A stretch of 63,942 nucleotides of DNA, the filler included, from Octopus bimaculoides (Eukaryota): NCBI RefSeq assembly GCF_001194135.2. It is 7 parts of 6 records of this genome, joined end to end, with 100 filler letters (N's around TTAATTAATTAA, not from the genome) between each part and the next. Parts side by side here need not be neighbours in the genome. Positions count along the whole stretch, not along the records: positions 1 to 27,076 come from NC_068982.1; 6 more parts are not named here. One strand, 5' to 3'. Position 1 is the stretch's first letter; every line of letters begins with the position of its first letter. Position numbers and translations under genes: made by a program. This document shows, one piece after another, positions 1-11,090 of this stretch. The notes under the pieces were generated by a model. That model worked only from the letters and a program-made list of their open reading frames with translations, was not told the DNA's origin and searched no databases.

Positions 1-525
1 TCCACGTAAGATGTTGTTATCTATTTGGTGGGATATTAAAGGTTTAGTCCACTTTGAACTTTTAAACCCAAACCAAATGATAACAAAGGAGATCTACTAC
101 AAGCAGCTTGAGTGGCTTAAGTCAGCACTAGAATAAAAACAAGCATCTTTAGTTTCATGACAAAAGGTATTCTTCCATCAGGATAATACTTGGCCTCATA
201 CATCAAGGATGACATTCCAAAGGCTGGAACAGTTTGAATGGGAAACAGTGCCCCACCCATCATATTCGCAGGACATTGCCCCATCTGATTATCATTTATT
301 CCAGTCTTCATAATGATTTGGATGGAAAAAATACTGGAGGAGTATTTTTCATCATGGACAAGTGAATTTTGGAAGAAGGGCCTTGCAAGTCTACCAGGTA
401 GATGGAATAGCATTGTAGAAAATCAAGGAAAGTATATTTTAGATTGAAAAAGAACTTTCTTTATCTTAATTTTGAATAATAAAAGAAGTATAAAAAGGCT
501 CCAGTCTTTATGAGATGACCCAATA
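1..525 (+). mobile_element. Mariner transposase pseudogene fragment (C-terminal catalytic half) with 3' TIR
   Basis: Translates as HPRKMLLSIWWDIKGLVHFELL...FFHQDN..PH...HPSYSQDIAPSDYHLF (mariner HxDNAxPH and YSPDLAPSDY motifs) with stops; ends ...TGAGATGACCCAATA followed by TA repeats. Confidence 0.9.
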
Positions 526-539
526 TATATCTATGTATA

Positions 540-572
<33 letters not shown>

Positions 573-1557
573 NNNNNNNNNNTTTTTCACGCTAACTACT
601 TGATAAATTCTTATAAAGATTTTATCCTATATCTAAATTATATGTATATATATATATACTTTATTAAAAAGCAGCAAAAATATCACAAAAACCATTACTC
701 AGAGTTTCATGTTCCTGTTCATTGGACACTTTTGTTTAGAATGGAACAAAAATAAAATTATAAGCAAAAATATACAATTAGTTTAATAGATACACATTTG
801 AAAATGGTTTTGTTTCATTAGTCCTTTCAACTAACGGTCTTTTTCATGATGGCTGCATGCAATGAACAAATTGCGGTATAAAAACATCATCTTATTATAA
901 AAAAATCAAAGAAAAGCTTAAATCAAAAATAGCTTATAAAGAAGGGCAGAGCCTGAATACCCAGGGTAAATAATTATCTGTAAAATATTAATCAATTAAT
1001 ACATTAAAAGTTATATCCGTTTAAAAAAAATTTTTGCGTTGGATTACATTTAGCAGTATATACACATACCAAACCATCTATAATATACACATGTAGACTA
1101 TACATACAGACGCATGTACATGGCTACATATATATATATACAGATATATTTATCATTATTGATAAATCACAGGGTAGTAAAAAAGTTTTAGAAATTTTAT
1201 TTACTACCAGTGGTCTAGCGAGAAGAAAAAAATTAGTCAATAGACTATATATTATTCATTTAAAATACAGAGATGCCTATAATAGGACATCTAACCCGCC
1301 AGAAAGAGCAGCCAAAAACTCTATACCACAATTAGGGATAATTTCAAAAGGGAATGAAAAATAAAAACATTTACCAATCTATTTTCTGAACCAGGTTTCA
1401 AGCTATTTTAGCAAAATAAAATATTTTGCAAGGTCAGCTATCATCAGCGGAACAACCTAGACTAACATATAAACATGAGGCACTACATGGAAAACATGAC
1501 CTGTGCCTGTCAAGCTCTCGTAAACATATAACAATTCTTGTGAAACACATTCACTGA

Positions 1558-2002
1558 TTTCAAAAATAGAAATAATACATTCCTAAATCTCTGAGAGAGA
1601 TTTATGCAGTAGTGATGCGATTTGTTTACGAGAGCTTGACAGGCATCTCCAACTAGCAGGCCATTGCTACTCCAAACTAATGACGAGCAAAGACTCAGAA
1701 ACATGTCTCTGGATGCAGGCTTAGCTGGGTGGAGGTGCTTGTCCCCCCCTTGTATACATAAGGACACAGGAAATGTGTCAAGGCCGACAGGAGGTGGTGC
1801 CACTTCTTAGGGCTAAATAGCAGTAGTATTATTCCCTTCATGAGACTGTTACATTAAGTTGACAGCATACGACTACTTTATTGCATCACTATTGCATAAA
1901 TCTCTCTGAGAGATTTAGAAATGTATTATTTCTAAATTTGAAAATACATAATTTAAAACCCAAAATTGAAAACTCCGCATGAACTTTCATGAAAACCTAA
2001 TA
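1558..2002. repeat. 61-bp inverted repeat pair; right arm continues into a Tc1/mariner-like end (..GAAAACCTAATA)
   Basis: 1558-1618 is the reverse complement of 1883-1943 with about 6 mismatches; the sequence ends in ACCTAATA then (TA)n. Confidence 0.6.
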
Positions 2003-2073
2003 TATATGTATATGTATGTATATAATATACATATATGTATATAGATATATATGTATGTAGTATGTATATAGAT

Positions 2074-2460
2074 CATCATCATCGTCGTTTAATGTCCGCT
2101 TTCCATGCTAGCATGGGTTGGACGATTTGACTGAGGACTGGTGAAACCAGATGGCTACACCAGGCTCCAATCTGATTTGGCAGAGTTTCTACAGCTGGAT
2201 GCCCTTCCTAACACCAACCACTCCGAGAGTGTAGTGGGTGCTTTTACGTGCCACCGGCACGAGGGCCAGTCAGGCAGTACTGGCAACGGCCACACTCAAA
2301 ATGGTGTATTTTACGTGCCAACTGCACAGGAGCCAGTTCGGTGGCACTGGCAATGATTTCGCTCGAATGTCTTTACACATGCCATCAGGCACAAGTGCCA
2401 GGGAGGTGATGCTGTGCACAAGTGCCAGGGAGGCGATGCTGGGCACAAGTGCCAGGGAGG
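2074..2460 (-). mobile_element. 5'-truncated RTE LINE 3' end with (GAT)n tail
   Basis: Same sequence as the tails joined to RTE ORF C-termini at 3786-5022, 33670-34768 and 39590-40272 (GGAAGGGCATCCAGCTGTAGAAAC...GATGATGATG). Confidence 0.8.
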
Positions 2461-3009
2461 CTCATCCTGGAAGATCTCTAGAGCTTGACAAGGATTCCTG
2501 CAAACTCTAGTGCAACAAAATCCCATCATAACTGTTGAGGAACTAGCAGAGAAACTTGGACTTGGTCATTCAACCTTTCATTGACATTTCTGTGTTATCA
2601 GAAAAGTTAGCAAATTGGGTCAATGAGTTCTTCACAAACTTTCTGAGTCTAATTGTGCACAGAGAGTGAATGTGTGTGTTTCTTTGTAACGTCTCATGAA
2701 TGAACCTTTTTTGGAGTGAATAGTGACTGGTGATGAGAAATGGCTTTTTCTGTACAAATGTCAAGCACCAAAGTCAGTGGGTTGGGAAAGGAGAAACACT
2801 GGCACCTCAGGCAGAAGAAGGTCTTCATCCACGTAAGATGTTGTTATCTATTTGGTGGGATATTAAAGGTTTAGTCCACTTTGAACTTTTAAACCCAAAC
2901 CAAATGATAACAAAGGAGATCTACTACAAGCAGCTTGAGTGGCTTAAGTCAGCACTAGAATAAAAACAAGCATCTTTAGTTTCATGACAAAAGGTATTCT
3001 TCCATCAGG
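2461..3009 (+). mobile_element. Mariner transposase pseudogene fragment (HTH to first catalytic D)
   Basis: NPIITVEELAEKLGLGHST (HTH), IVTGDEKW, GLHPRKMLLSIWWDIKG, with frameshifts and stops; runs into an N gap. Confidence 0.9.
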
Positions 3010-3458
3010 NNNNNNNNNNNNNNNNNNNNNNNNNNNNNNNNNNNNNNNNNNNNNNNNNNNNNNNNNNNNNNNNNNNNNNNNNNNNNNNNNNNNNNNNNNN
3101 NNNNNNNNNNNNNNNNNNNNNNNNNNNNNNNNNNNNNNNNNNNNNNNNNNNNNNNNNNNNNNNNNNNNNNNNNNNNNNNNNNNNNNNNNNNATGTGTGTG
3201 TGTGTATGTATATATGTATGTATGTAAGGTGAGACACACATAAGAAAGAAGGAAACAAAGGACCACTGATGAGGTCACAGAAGTGTGACGAAAGAACTCT
3301 GGCCGAAATAAGATTAAGATTAATGTAATATAAAGCTGAAGCAAATTAACACCAAATATACAGTGCGTGTGTTTTTATTGGCTAAACTGGCAATATGACC
3401 ATCCCCAAGTACAACAACATCTGTTTCAACACACGATTTCACATCAAAAATCTTGCAA

Positions 3459-3462
<4 letters not shown>

Positions 3463-3497
<35 letters not shown>

Positions 3498-3682
3498 ATA
3501 TATATATATGTAATATATATCTATATATATATATATGTAATATATATCTATATATATATATGTAATATATATCTATATATATATATGTAATATATATCTA
3601 TATATATATATGTAATATATATCTATATATATATGTATATATAATATATATTTATATATATATGTATATATATATTTATATA

Positions 3683-3730
<48 letters not shown>

Positions 3731-3785
3731 GTATATAATATATATGTATATATATACAGTTATGTGTGTATATATATATATGTAT
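3463..3785. repeat. (TA)n microsatellite with about 5 higher-order TGTAATATATATC(TA)n units
   Basis: Directly visible tandem units. Confidence 0.9.
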
Positions 3786-5022
3786 ATATCATCATCATTT
3801 AGCGTCCTTTTTTCATGCTGGCTTGTGTTGGATGGGTTGACTGAAGTCTGGAGAGCTAGTGGCTGCATCAGGCTCCATTTTGATCTGGCAATGTTTGTAC
3901 AGCTGGATGCCCTTCCTAAAGCCAACCAATCTCAGAGTGTAGTGGGTGCTTTTTATGTGCCACTGCCACAGAAGCTGGTCAGGTGGGCCTGGCATTGATC
4001 ACATTCGAATAGTGCTTTCTATGTGCCACCGGCACAAGAGCTAGTCAGGGGGCACTGGCATCAGACATGTTCGGATAGTGCTTTTTACATACCACTGACA
4101 TGGGTGTCAGTCAGGCAGACCTGGCATCGACCTTGTTCTGATGGTGCTTTTTATGTGCCACCAGCATGGAAGCCAGTCAAGGGGTACTCGCCACAGCTAC
4201 AATATTGGTTTTACTCAACAGGTCATCTCAAGTATATCATATCACACGACGCATCAGGGGTACCCTTAACTGCGCCTGACATGTGTGGCTGTGATCTCAC
4301 CTTAGTTGCTGAGTCTTAATCACAGCATATCTCCAAAGGTCTTGGTGAGGCCCAATGTTTGAAAGTCATGCTTCACCACCTCATCCTACATCTTCCTTGG
4401 TCTACCTCTTCCACAGGTTAAGTATCTCACCTGTGATTCCTGATGGGCCAGGTACTTTCCCTATCTTCATATCCTTAATTGCTTTATCTAACAGGGTACT
4501 GCCAATTCGAGTAGCTGGTCCCTCAATTGTGACCCTCAATTGTTTTCGCAAACTCTCCTCCCATTTATGCTCCACATTCAGCAGTCTTTCATAATGGCAT
4601 CTCTAAGCCTCTTTCTTTGCAGAATCATTAAAAGCAATGACAACCATCATCCATGCGGACACATTTCCCTCCTGTGACATCACGGTTTTCTCTCACACAC
4701 TGTCTTGCAATCCGAAATACTTCAGTTCTTTCGTCCTCACGTCACTAAACATTGGCAAACTTCTTTTCTACTGCCCCCTTGGCTATATGCCTGTCTCCTA
4801 GCTTGCCTTTTGGCTATCTGGTACATTCCCCTGCTACCCTGACTCCACCACACCTTCCAAGCCTGTTTCTTTGCTATGATGGCCCTGTCTACAGTATTGT
4901 CCCACCACCATGTTACCCTAGGTCTGGAAAGGACTTTGTCCCAGCCACAGATTTGTAGCACTCAGCAAGCTGTCTCGCAGGAATTCCCAGCTGCCTTCTA
5001 CGTCACAGGACTGTAGCTCCTA
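3786..5022 (-). mobile_element. Degenerate RTE LINE (ORF remnant plus 3' UTR with about 60-bp internal repeats and GAT tail)
   Basis: CATCATCAT tail at 3786; repeated TTTTATGTGCCAC units; 4200-4400 matches the RTE C-terminus at 40000-40200; WWWDNTVDRAII..K..AWK is a LINE ORF2-like peptide. Confidence 0.75.
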
Positions 5023-5481
5023 CNNNNNNNNNNNNNNNNNNNNNNNNNNNNNNNNNNNNNNNNNNNNNNNNNNNNNNNNNNNNNNNNNNNNNNNNNNNNN
5101 NNNNNNNNNNNNNNNNNNNNNNNNNNNNNNNNNNNNNNNNNNNNNNNNNNNNNNNNNNNNNNNNNNNNNNNNNNNNNNNNNNNNNNNNNNNNNNNNNNNN
5201 NNNNNNNNNNNNNNNNNNNNNNNNNNNNNNNNNNNNNNNNNNNNNNNNNNNNNNNNNNNNNNNNNNNNNNNNNNNNNNNNNNNNNNNNNNNNNNNNNNNN
5301 NNNNNNNNNNNNNNNNNNNNNNNNNNNNNNNNNNNNNNNNNNNNNNNNNNNNNNNNNNNNNNNNNNNNNNNNNNNNNNNNNNNNNNNNNNNNNNNNNNNN
5401 NNNNNNNNNNNNNNNNNNNNNNNNNNNNNNNNNNNNNNNNNNNNNNNNNNNNNNNNNNNNNNNNNNNNNNNNNNNNNNNNA

Positions 5482-5764
5482 CAGATGCTTGTGCAAAACA
5501 GCTTTTTGCGCTGCCTTGATTACACATAGCAGGGTAATCCCTTTTAGCAGGAGCTAGGACGGCAATTTCTAATGAAGCAATTGCTGACGATCTGTTGCTA
5601 CACAGTTTTGCCAGAATTCTATCAGATTAGGCAGAAGATGTTGATGCACCATTTTGCATTATGTTCAAAGTAGCTTCAGGAATATGGTGAATTGCTGCAG
5701 TCTGTTGCTGTCATTTTAAACCGGTTGCTTTCTTTCCCCAGCAAACTCTCTTCCTTGGAGGCAT
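5482..5764 (-). pseudogene. Interrupted ORF start (MPPRKRVCWGKK...) of a probable DNA transposon protein
   Basis: ATG at 5764; reading frame continues with two stops into the N gap; lies next to the telomere-like module. Family not identifiable. Confidence 0.3.
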
Positions 5765-5867
5765 AATCTATGTATATATTAAACAGAACAACAAAAGTTA
5801 TAATAGATGGCAGGGTTGGTAATTTTCACATTTCTGTAATTTTTCAGATTAACACCCGCATAATTAC

Positions 5868-6027
5868 CCAACCCTAACCCTAAAACCCTAAACCTAACCC
5901 TAACACTAACACTAACCTTAAAACCCTAACCCTAAAACCGTAACCGTAACACTAATCCTAACCCCAAACACTAACCCTAACCGTAACCCTAAATCCGTAA
6001 CCCTAAAACCGTAACCCTAACACCCTA
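5868..6027 (+). repeat. Degenerate interstitial (CCCTAA)n telomere-like array
   Basis: AACCCTAACCCTAAAACCCTAAACCTAACCCTAACACTAAC... over about 160 bp, ending in CACCCTAGTGAAAAT. Confidence 0.85.
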
Positions 6028-6029
6028 GT

Positions 6030-6965
6030 GAAAATAGTGATATATTTACCAAACATTGACGAACATGAGTTATATTGTTGTCAATGATTGTGTGTACAGG
6101 TAGAAGGGAAGAAATATAAAAGTTGCTAGAAACAACAGGCAAATCTCCCTTAAATCACACAAAGTAAACGGAATTTTACATCAATGGAATTTTTTCGATG
6201 TGAACTTTCCAGTGCAGTAATTACGTGCTCAACATATAATATAGAGAGTAAGAGTAAAAGAGGGAGAGAGAGAGAGAGAAAGTGATACATAAACCCTAAC
6301 ACTAACACCGTAGTGAAAATCGTGGTATATTTACCAAACATTGACGAACATGAGTTATATTGTAGTGAATGTTTTGTGAGAGCGGAAGAGGGGGAGAGAG
6401 GAATAGAGATGGTAGCAATGAAGAGAGAGAAAGAGAGAACGGAAGACAGTTATAAAATAGCAATGCGTGCACATGTTTATATAGGAAACACAGAAACTAA
6501 GTCTTATATCTATAATGTTGATGTGTTTATGTATATGTATATGTTGTCACAGATCACGTATGTGTGGTTGTGTGTGTTTTTACATATCTATGTTATGAAA
6601 AATAGGTAAAGAATACTGAGAGGAAAGTTTAATCTATGACTTTGTATGTATCACTTTCTCTCTCTCTCTCTCTCTCCCTCTTTTACTCTTACTCTCTATA
6701 TTATATGTTGAGCGTGTGTGTAAGAACACCGTTCCAGGTAGAAGAGAAGAAATATGAAAGTTGCTAGAAACAACAGCCAAATCTCCCTTAAATCACACAA
6801 AGTAAACAGAATTTAAAAAATCTAATTGCTGCACTCGAAAGTTCACATCGAGAAAATTCCATTGATGTAAAAATTTTTACGAAAAAGTGGAAAATGTGGA
6901 TTTCTATACACTTTTAAAAATGCTTCACACAGACACACAACCTCAGCTTTATATATTAAGATAGA
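6030..6965 (-). mobile_element. Non-autonomous Helitron-like repeat with internally duplicated and inverted modules
   Basis: The minus strand starts TCTATCTTAATATATAAAGCTG (Helitron-type 5' end); direct and inverted internal segment copies. Confidence 0.45.
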
Positions 6966-7363
6966 TGAGTATGTATATATATGAGTGTGTATATATATGT
7001 ATGTATATTGCTATATGTGTATATATGTATATATATAAATATGTATAAATATATATGTGTGTGTGTGTGTACATATATATATATATGTAAATATATGGCC
7101 GTATAAATCATGGGTAAATCAGTCTTTTACCCCTGCTCAGATATGATTCTCAATTGAGAGATTGCCATGCAATAACTAGCACTTGACTATGAATAATTGG
7201 GTACACTACCAGCAGTATATTGGATAGGTACTATCCCTTGGTTGGTTTCTCAACCTCTAACTCACACAAAAATATGTGCAAATATATATATATCTAATAT
7301 GTGTGTATGTATGTACATATATATATGTATTTATATTTATGTAAATATATATGTACATATATA

Positions 7364-7405
<42 letters not shown>

Positions 7406-7689
7406 TGTGTGTGTGTGTGTGTATATGTTTATATATATATATATATATATATCCATATAATAAAATAATATAAGCATTTTAAAAAACCTTTAAAAATATT
7501 AAAAACAATATATATAACTTACCTGTTATTAGTCTGTGGGGAAAGAAGATATTTTTAATCAACGCTACACATGTCTCTGTGCTGGTTGTGTGTTTATCAA
7601 GGCTATTCCTAATACATAAATCCACCAGTGCAACCTCAGGCTATTTATCTTATTGTTATTATTATTTATGCTGTCACAGCATAAAAGTG

Positions 7690-8366
7690 AGCCATTTTTG
7701 CATTGTATTGTTATGTGTGATGAAAAATAGATTGTTTTCAACAATAACAAGTGTTCTGCATGGTGATTGAATAGAGTCGAAGTGCCAAAACACAATCTAT
7801 AAAAGAATATTCACTGCAAAGAGCTAATAGTGTCTGTTTCATGGTGCAATGCTGGTGTCATCCATTTCAGCATCATGAGACCTGGTAAGTCAATTACAGT
7901 GGATATATACATCAACCAGTTGGATGAAATACTGAGTGAACTTGCAATTAAGATAACTGAGAATGGCCAATAGAGACAAGCCAATTCTCTTACAAAACAA
8001 TACTTGACCACATATTGCACAAAGAATGCTACTCAAGTTACAGGAACTGAACTTGGAAGTACTCTGTTATGCACCATATTCACCAGACTTTGCACCAACT
8101 GACTATCACATTTTCCAGGCATTAGACAACTTTTTGCAAGGAAAAGACTTCAAATCTGAAGAAGATGCAAAAACAGCCTTTCATAATTTCATCACCTCTT
8201 GCTCTCCAGAATTCTTTGCTGACAGCATAGATAAGCTACTGATAAAATAGCAAAATTGTGTTGATAATTTAGGTGCATACTTTGATTAACTGCATTGCTT
8301 TTTGTTGAGATAAAGTAAAATAAAGTTTCAGTTCAAAATTGGACATTTTATTCTGAATGACCTGAT
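7690..8366 (+). mobile_element. Mariner transposase pseudogene (catalytic domain) with 3' TIR
   Basis: IVMCDEK, VSVSWCNAGVIHF, YAPYSPDFAPTDYHIFQALDNFL motifs; 3' end ATTCTGAATGACCTGAT resembles the TIR at 505-525. Confidence 0.9.
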
Positions 8367-8394
8367 GTAATATGTGTGTGTGTGTGTGTGTGTG

Positions 8395-9079
8395 TATGTA
8401 TTTGGTTAATGAGACATGGAGGATGGAAGATAAGTAAACACTACAATTGTTTCGATCCATCTAGCATTGATCCATCATGGGTGGGATACCCAACAACTGG
8501 TTCAGGAACATCCAACGGTGCAGCTGTGTCTCTTCAGGTGATAAACAGATAGAACTCATTAAAATTTAGCTTTAACCTCCCCATTCATATGAACACCAAG
8601 TAGCTATTTAACTAGCTTTGTGAACATATGGGTGCCAAACCACACATGTACATATGCTTACATCTTCATGAATGCTTGTATGAATGAGCGTACATGCACC
8701 ATACAAGCTACGCAAAGGCATTGATATAGCCACATCCATTAACAGTTATATTTGATACTTTACTGCTGTATTGCATGTTCATTTCTTTTCTGGATCTGTT
8801 ATTTTATTATTGATTTTATTTCTTTATAAATGATGCTATATTCTTTAATTTGCTGCTTTTCTTTACATAAACTGAGAAGATACATTGTGGGACTGTTATT
8901 TTAACTAGTTGTATCTGTTTATCATCCGAAGAGACACATCTGGACCGTTAGATGCTCCTCATCCAGTTGTTGGGTATCCCAGCCAAGCAGGATCAATGCT
9001 AGATAGGTTGAAACAATTGTAGTGATTAATAAAGACTCTTGTATCTTCTATCTTCCATCTCTCATTAACCAAATACATA
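8395..9079. mobile_element. MITE with about 165-bp terminal inverted repeats and TA ends
   Basis: 8395-8556 is the reverse complement of about 8906-9079; the terminal 19 bp TATGTATTTGGTTAATGAG are perfect; no coding content. Confidence 0.8.
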
Positions 9080-9188
9080 ACGAAGACTGTGAAAGTAACT
9101 ATGCTTTACCAGTAAACTACCAGGTATAAACCATTCATTTTGTTATCTTATATCTGTGTGTGTGTGTATGTATATGTATGTATATATG

Positions 9189-9237
<49 letters not shown>

Positions 9238-10489
9238 GTGTATATATGTATATATGTGTGTATATATGTATACATATGTATGTATATGTATATATATGTA
9301 CATATGTATGTATATATATATATGTACATATGTATATATATATGTACATATATGTATATATATATATGTACATATATGTATATATGTATATGTATNNNNN
9401 NNNNNNNNNNNNNNNNNNNNNNNNNNNNNNNNNNNNNNNNNNNNNNNNNNNNNNNNNNNNNNNNNNNNNNNNNNNNNNNNNNNNNNNNNNNNNNNNNNNN
9501 NNNNNNNNNNNNNNNNNNNNNNNNNNNNNNNNNNNNNNNNNNNNNNNNNNNNNNNNNNNNNNNNNNNNNNNNNNNNNNNNNNNNNNNNNNNNNNNNNNNN
9601 NNNNNNNNNNNNNNNNNNNNNNNNNNNNNNNNNNNNNNNNNNNNNNNNNNNNNNNNNNNNNNNNNNNNNNNNNNNNNNNNNNNNNNNNNNNNNNNNNNNN
9701 NNNNNNNNNNNNNNNNNNNNNNNNNNNNNNNNNNNNNNNNNNNNNNNNNNNNNNNNNNNNNNNNNNNNNNNNNNNNNNNNNNNNNNNNNNNNNNNNNNNN
9801 NNNNNNNNNNNNACATTTATAAGGAAAAAAATATAGATATATTCTTACAGCTGTTTCTGGGATATTATGGATATCCCTTCATCAGAGATGATGTGAGATG
9901 GTTAAATAGAGGTAAATATTTGAGTTTGAAATAAGGAATTGTTATGGAAAAGGAGGTGATAGGCAATATAGAGGGAAATAAGAGAATGAAAGTAGAAATA
10001 AAAATATAAAACACATAAAGATATTGTAGTTGCAGTTCCATTATCCGAGGAAAGTGGTGTATAGAAGTGGTAAAGTTTCCTGTACATGGTATGTAAGTTC
10101 CAGTAGGAGTTCATGTTTAGTCATTTCAAAGTATGGAGCTGTGGATTCTGTGTTGCTCATTCTAAAGGGTCTTGTGGTGTGAATGAAAATTTGAGAATGT
10201 ATTGGTAGTGTTTGTGGGTAGATGGATGGGGGAGATGTGTATGTTTAGAGTGAGGAGATGGGTCAAAATGAAAACAGGAAGAGAAAATGAGAAAAAGAAA
10301 AAGAGTGAAAATGTAAAGAAAGGGGGAAAGAAATGAAAAAAGGAGTGTTAGTTGGTAGTCAAGATAATGTGAGGGGAGGATGGGAGAGGGATAGGAAGAG
10401 ATGAGAAGGTAAGGAGTGAATAAGTGAGATGTGTGAGTAGGGGTGATATGATAGAGCTGCATTAAGGGATAGGTAGAGAAAAGGTATGG

Positions 10490-11090
10490 GTGGGGTGTTA
10501 CCAAAGTGATCTATTCTATAATAAGACAAAACTACGAAAACTGTACCTATTACCTCCAATAATAATACTGTTAATAATACATCTCATAATCCTACAATTA
10601 ACAACAACAATACTGCCAATAACCATAACCCTATTAATCCAACAAAATATAGATATAACACCGCTACACCACTCACAAATTCAAATTGTAATTGTCGAAA
10701 ACCCTAATGCTTGTGAAGAAGATAGAAACTATAAAATGAAAGAAGTTGTCTACCAAGCAACTATTATAACTCAGGACTCCTCTAGATGCTTAGGTTGCAC
10801 ACAAAACTCAATTAAATTGAGAATTTGTAACCATAAATCTTTTAGGGACCATTGAAAAGAGAATAGTACAGGACTATCTAAAAAATTTGGCACCTCAAAA
10901 GAAACAATATTAATTTCTCCATTTCTTGGAAAATCCTATCATCTTCCCCCTCTTATAGAAATAATGATAAGATTTGTAGGCTATGTTTAGAAGAAAACTA
11001 TTACATAACGAGAATGAATGGAAATTTGGTTAATACTAGGGATGAAAAAGTTTCTCATGCAAACACATGACCAAATACCTAATCATTAAT
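10490..11090 (+). mobile_element. Penelope-like element remnant (GIY-YIG endonuclease region)
   Basis: NACEEDRNYKMKEVVYQATIITQDSSRCLGCTQNSIKLRICNHKSFR resembles the Penelope C...VVYQATV..YIG.T...K.R..NH.SF signature; followed by a long AT-rich tail. Confidence 0.7.

Noticed and set aside
5868-6027. True telomere or chromosome end
   Set aside because: Degenerate, short, internal and bounded by motifs shared with other internal copies.
9135-9934. Long ORFs rich in YI/CV/HT or X (also about 40135-40969, 56477-57667, 61456-62202)
   Set aside because: Translations of (TA)n/(CA)n/(ATT)n microsatellites and N gaps.
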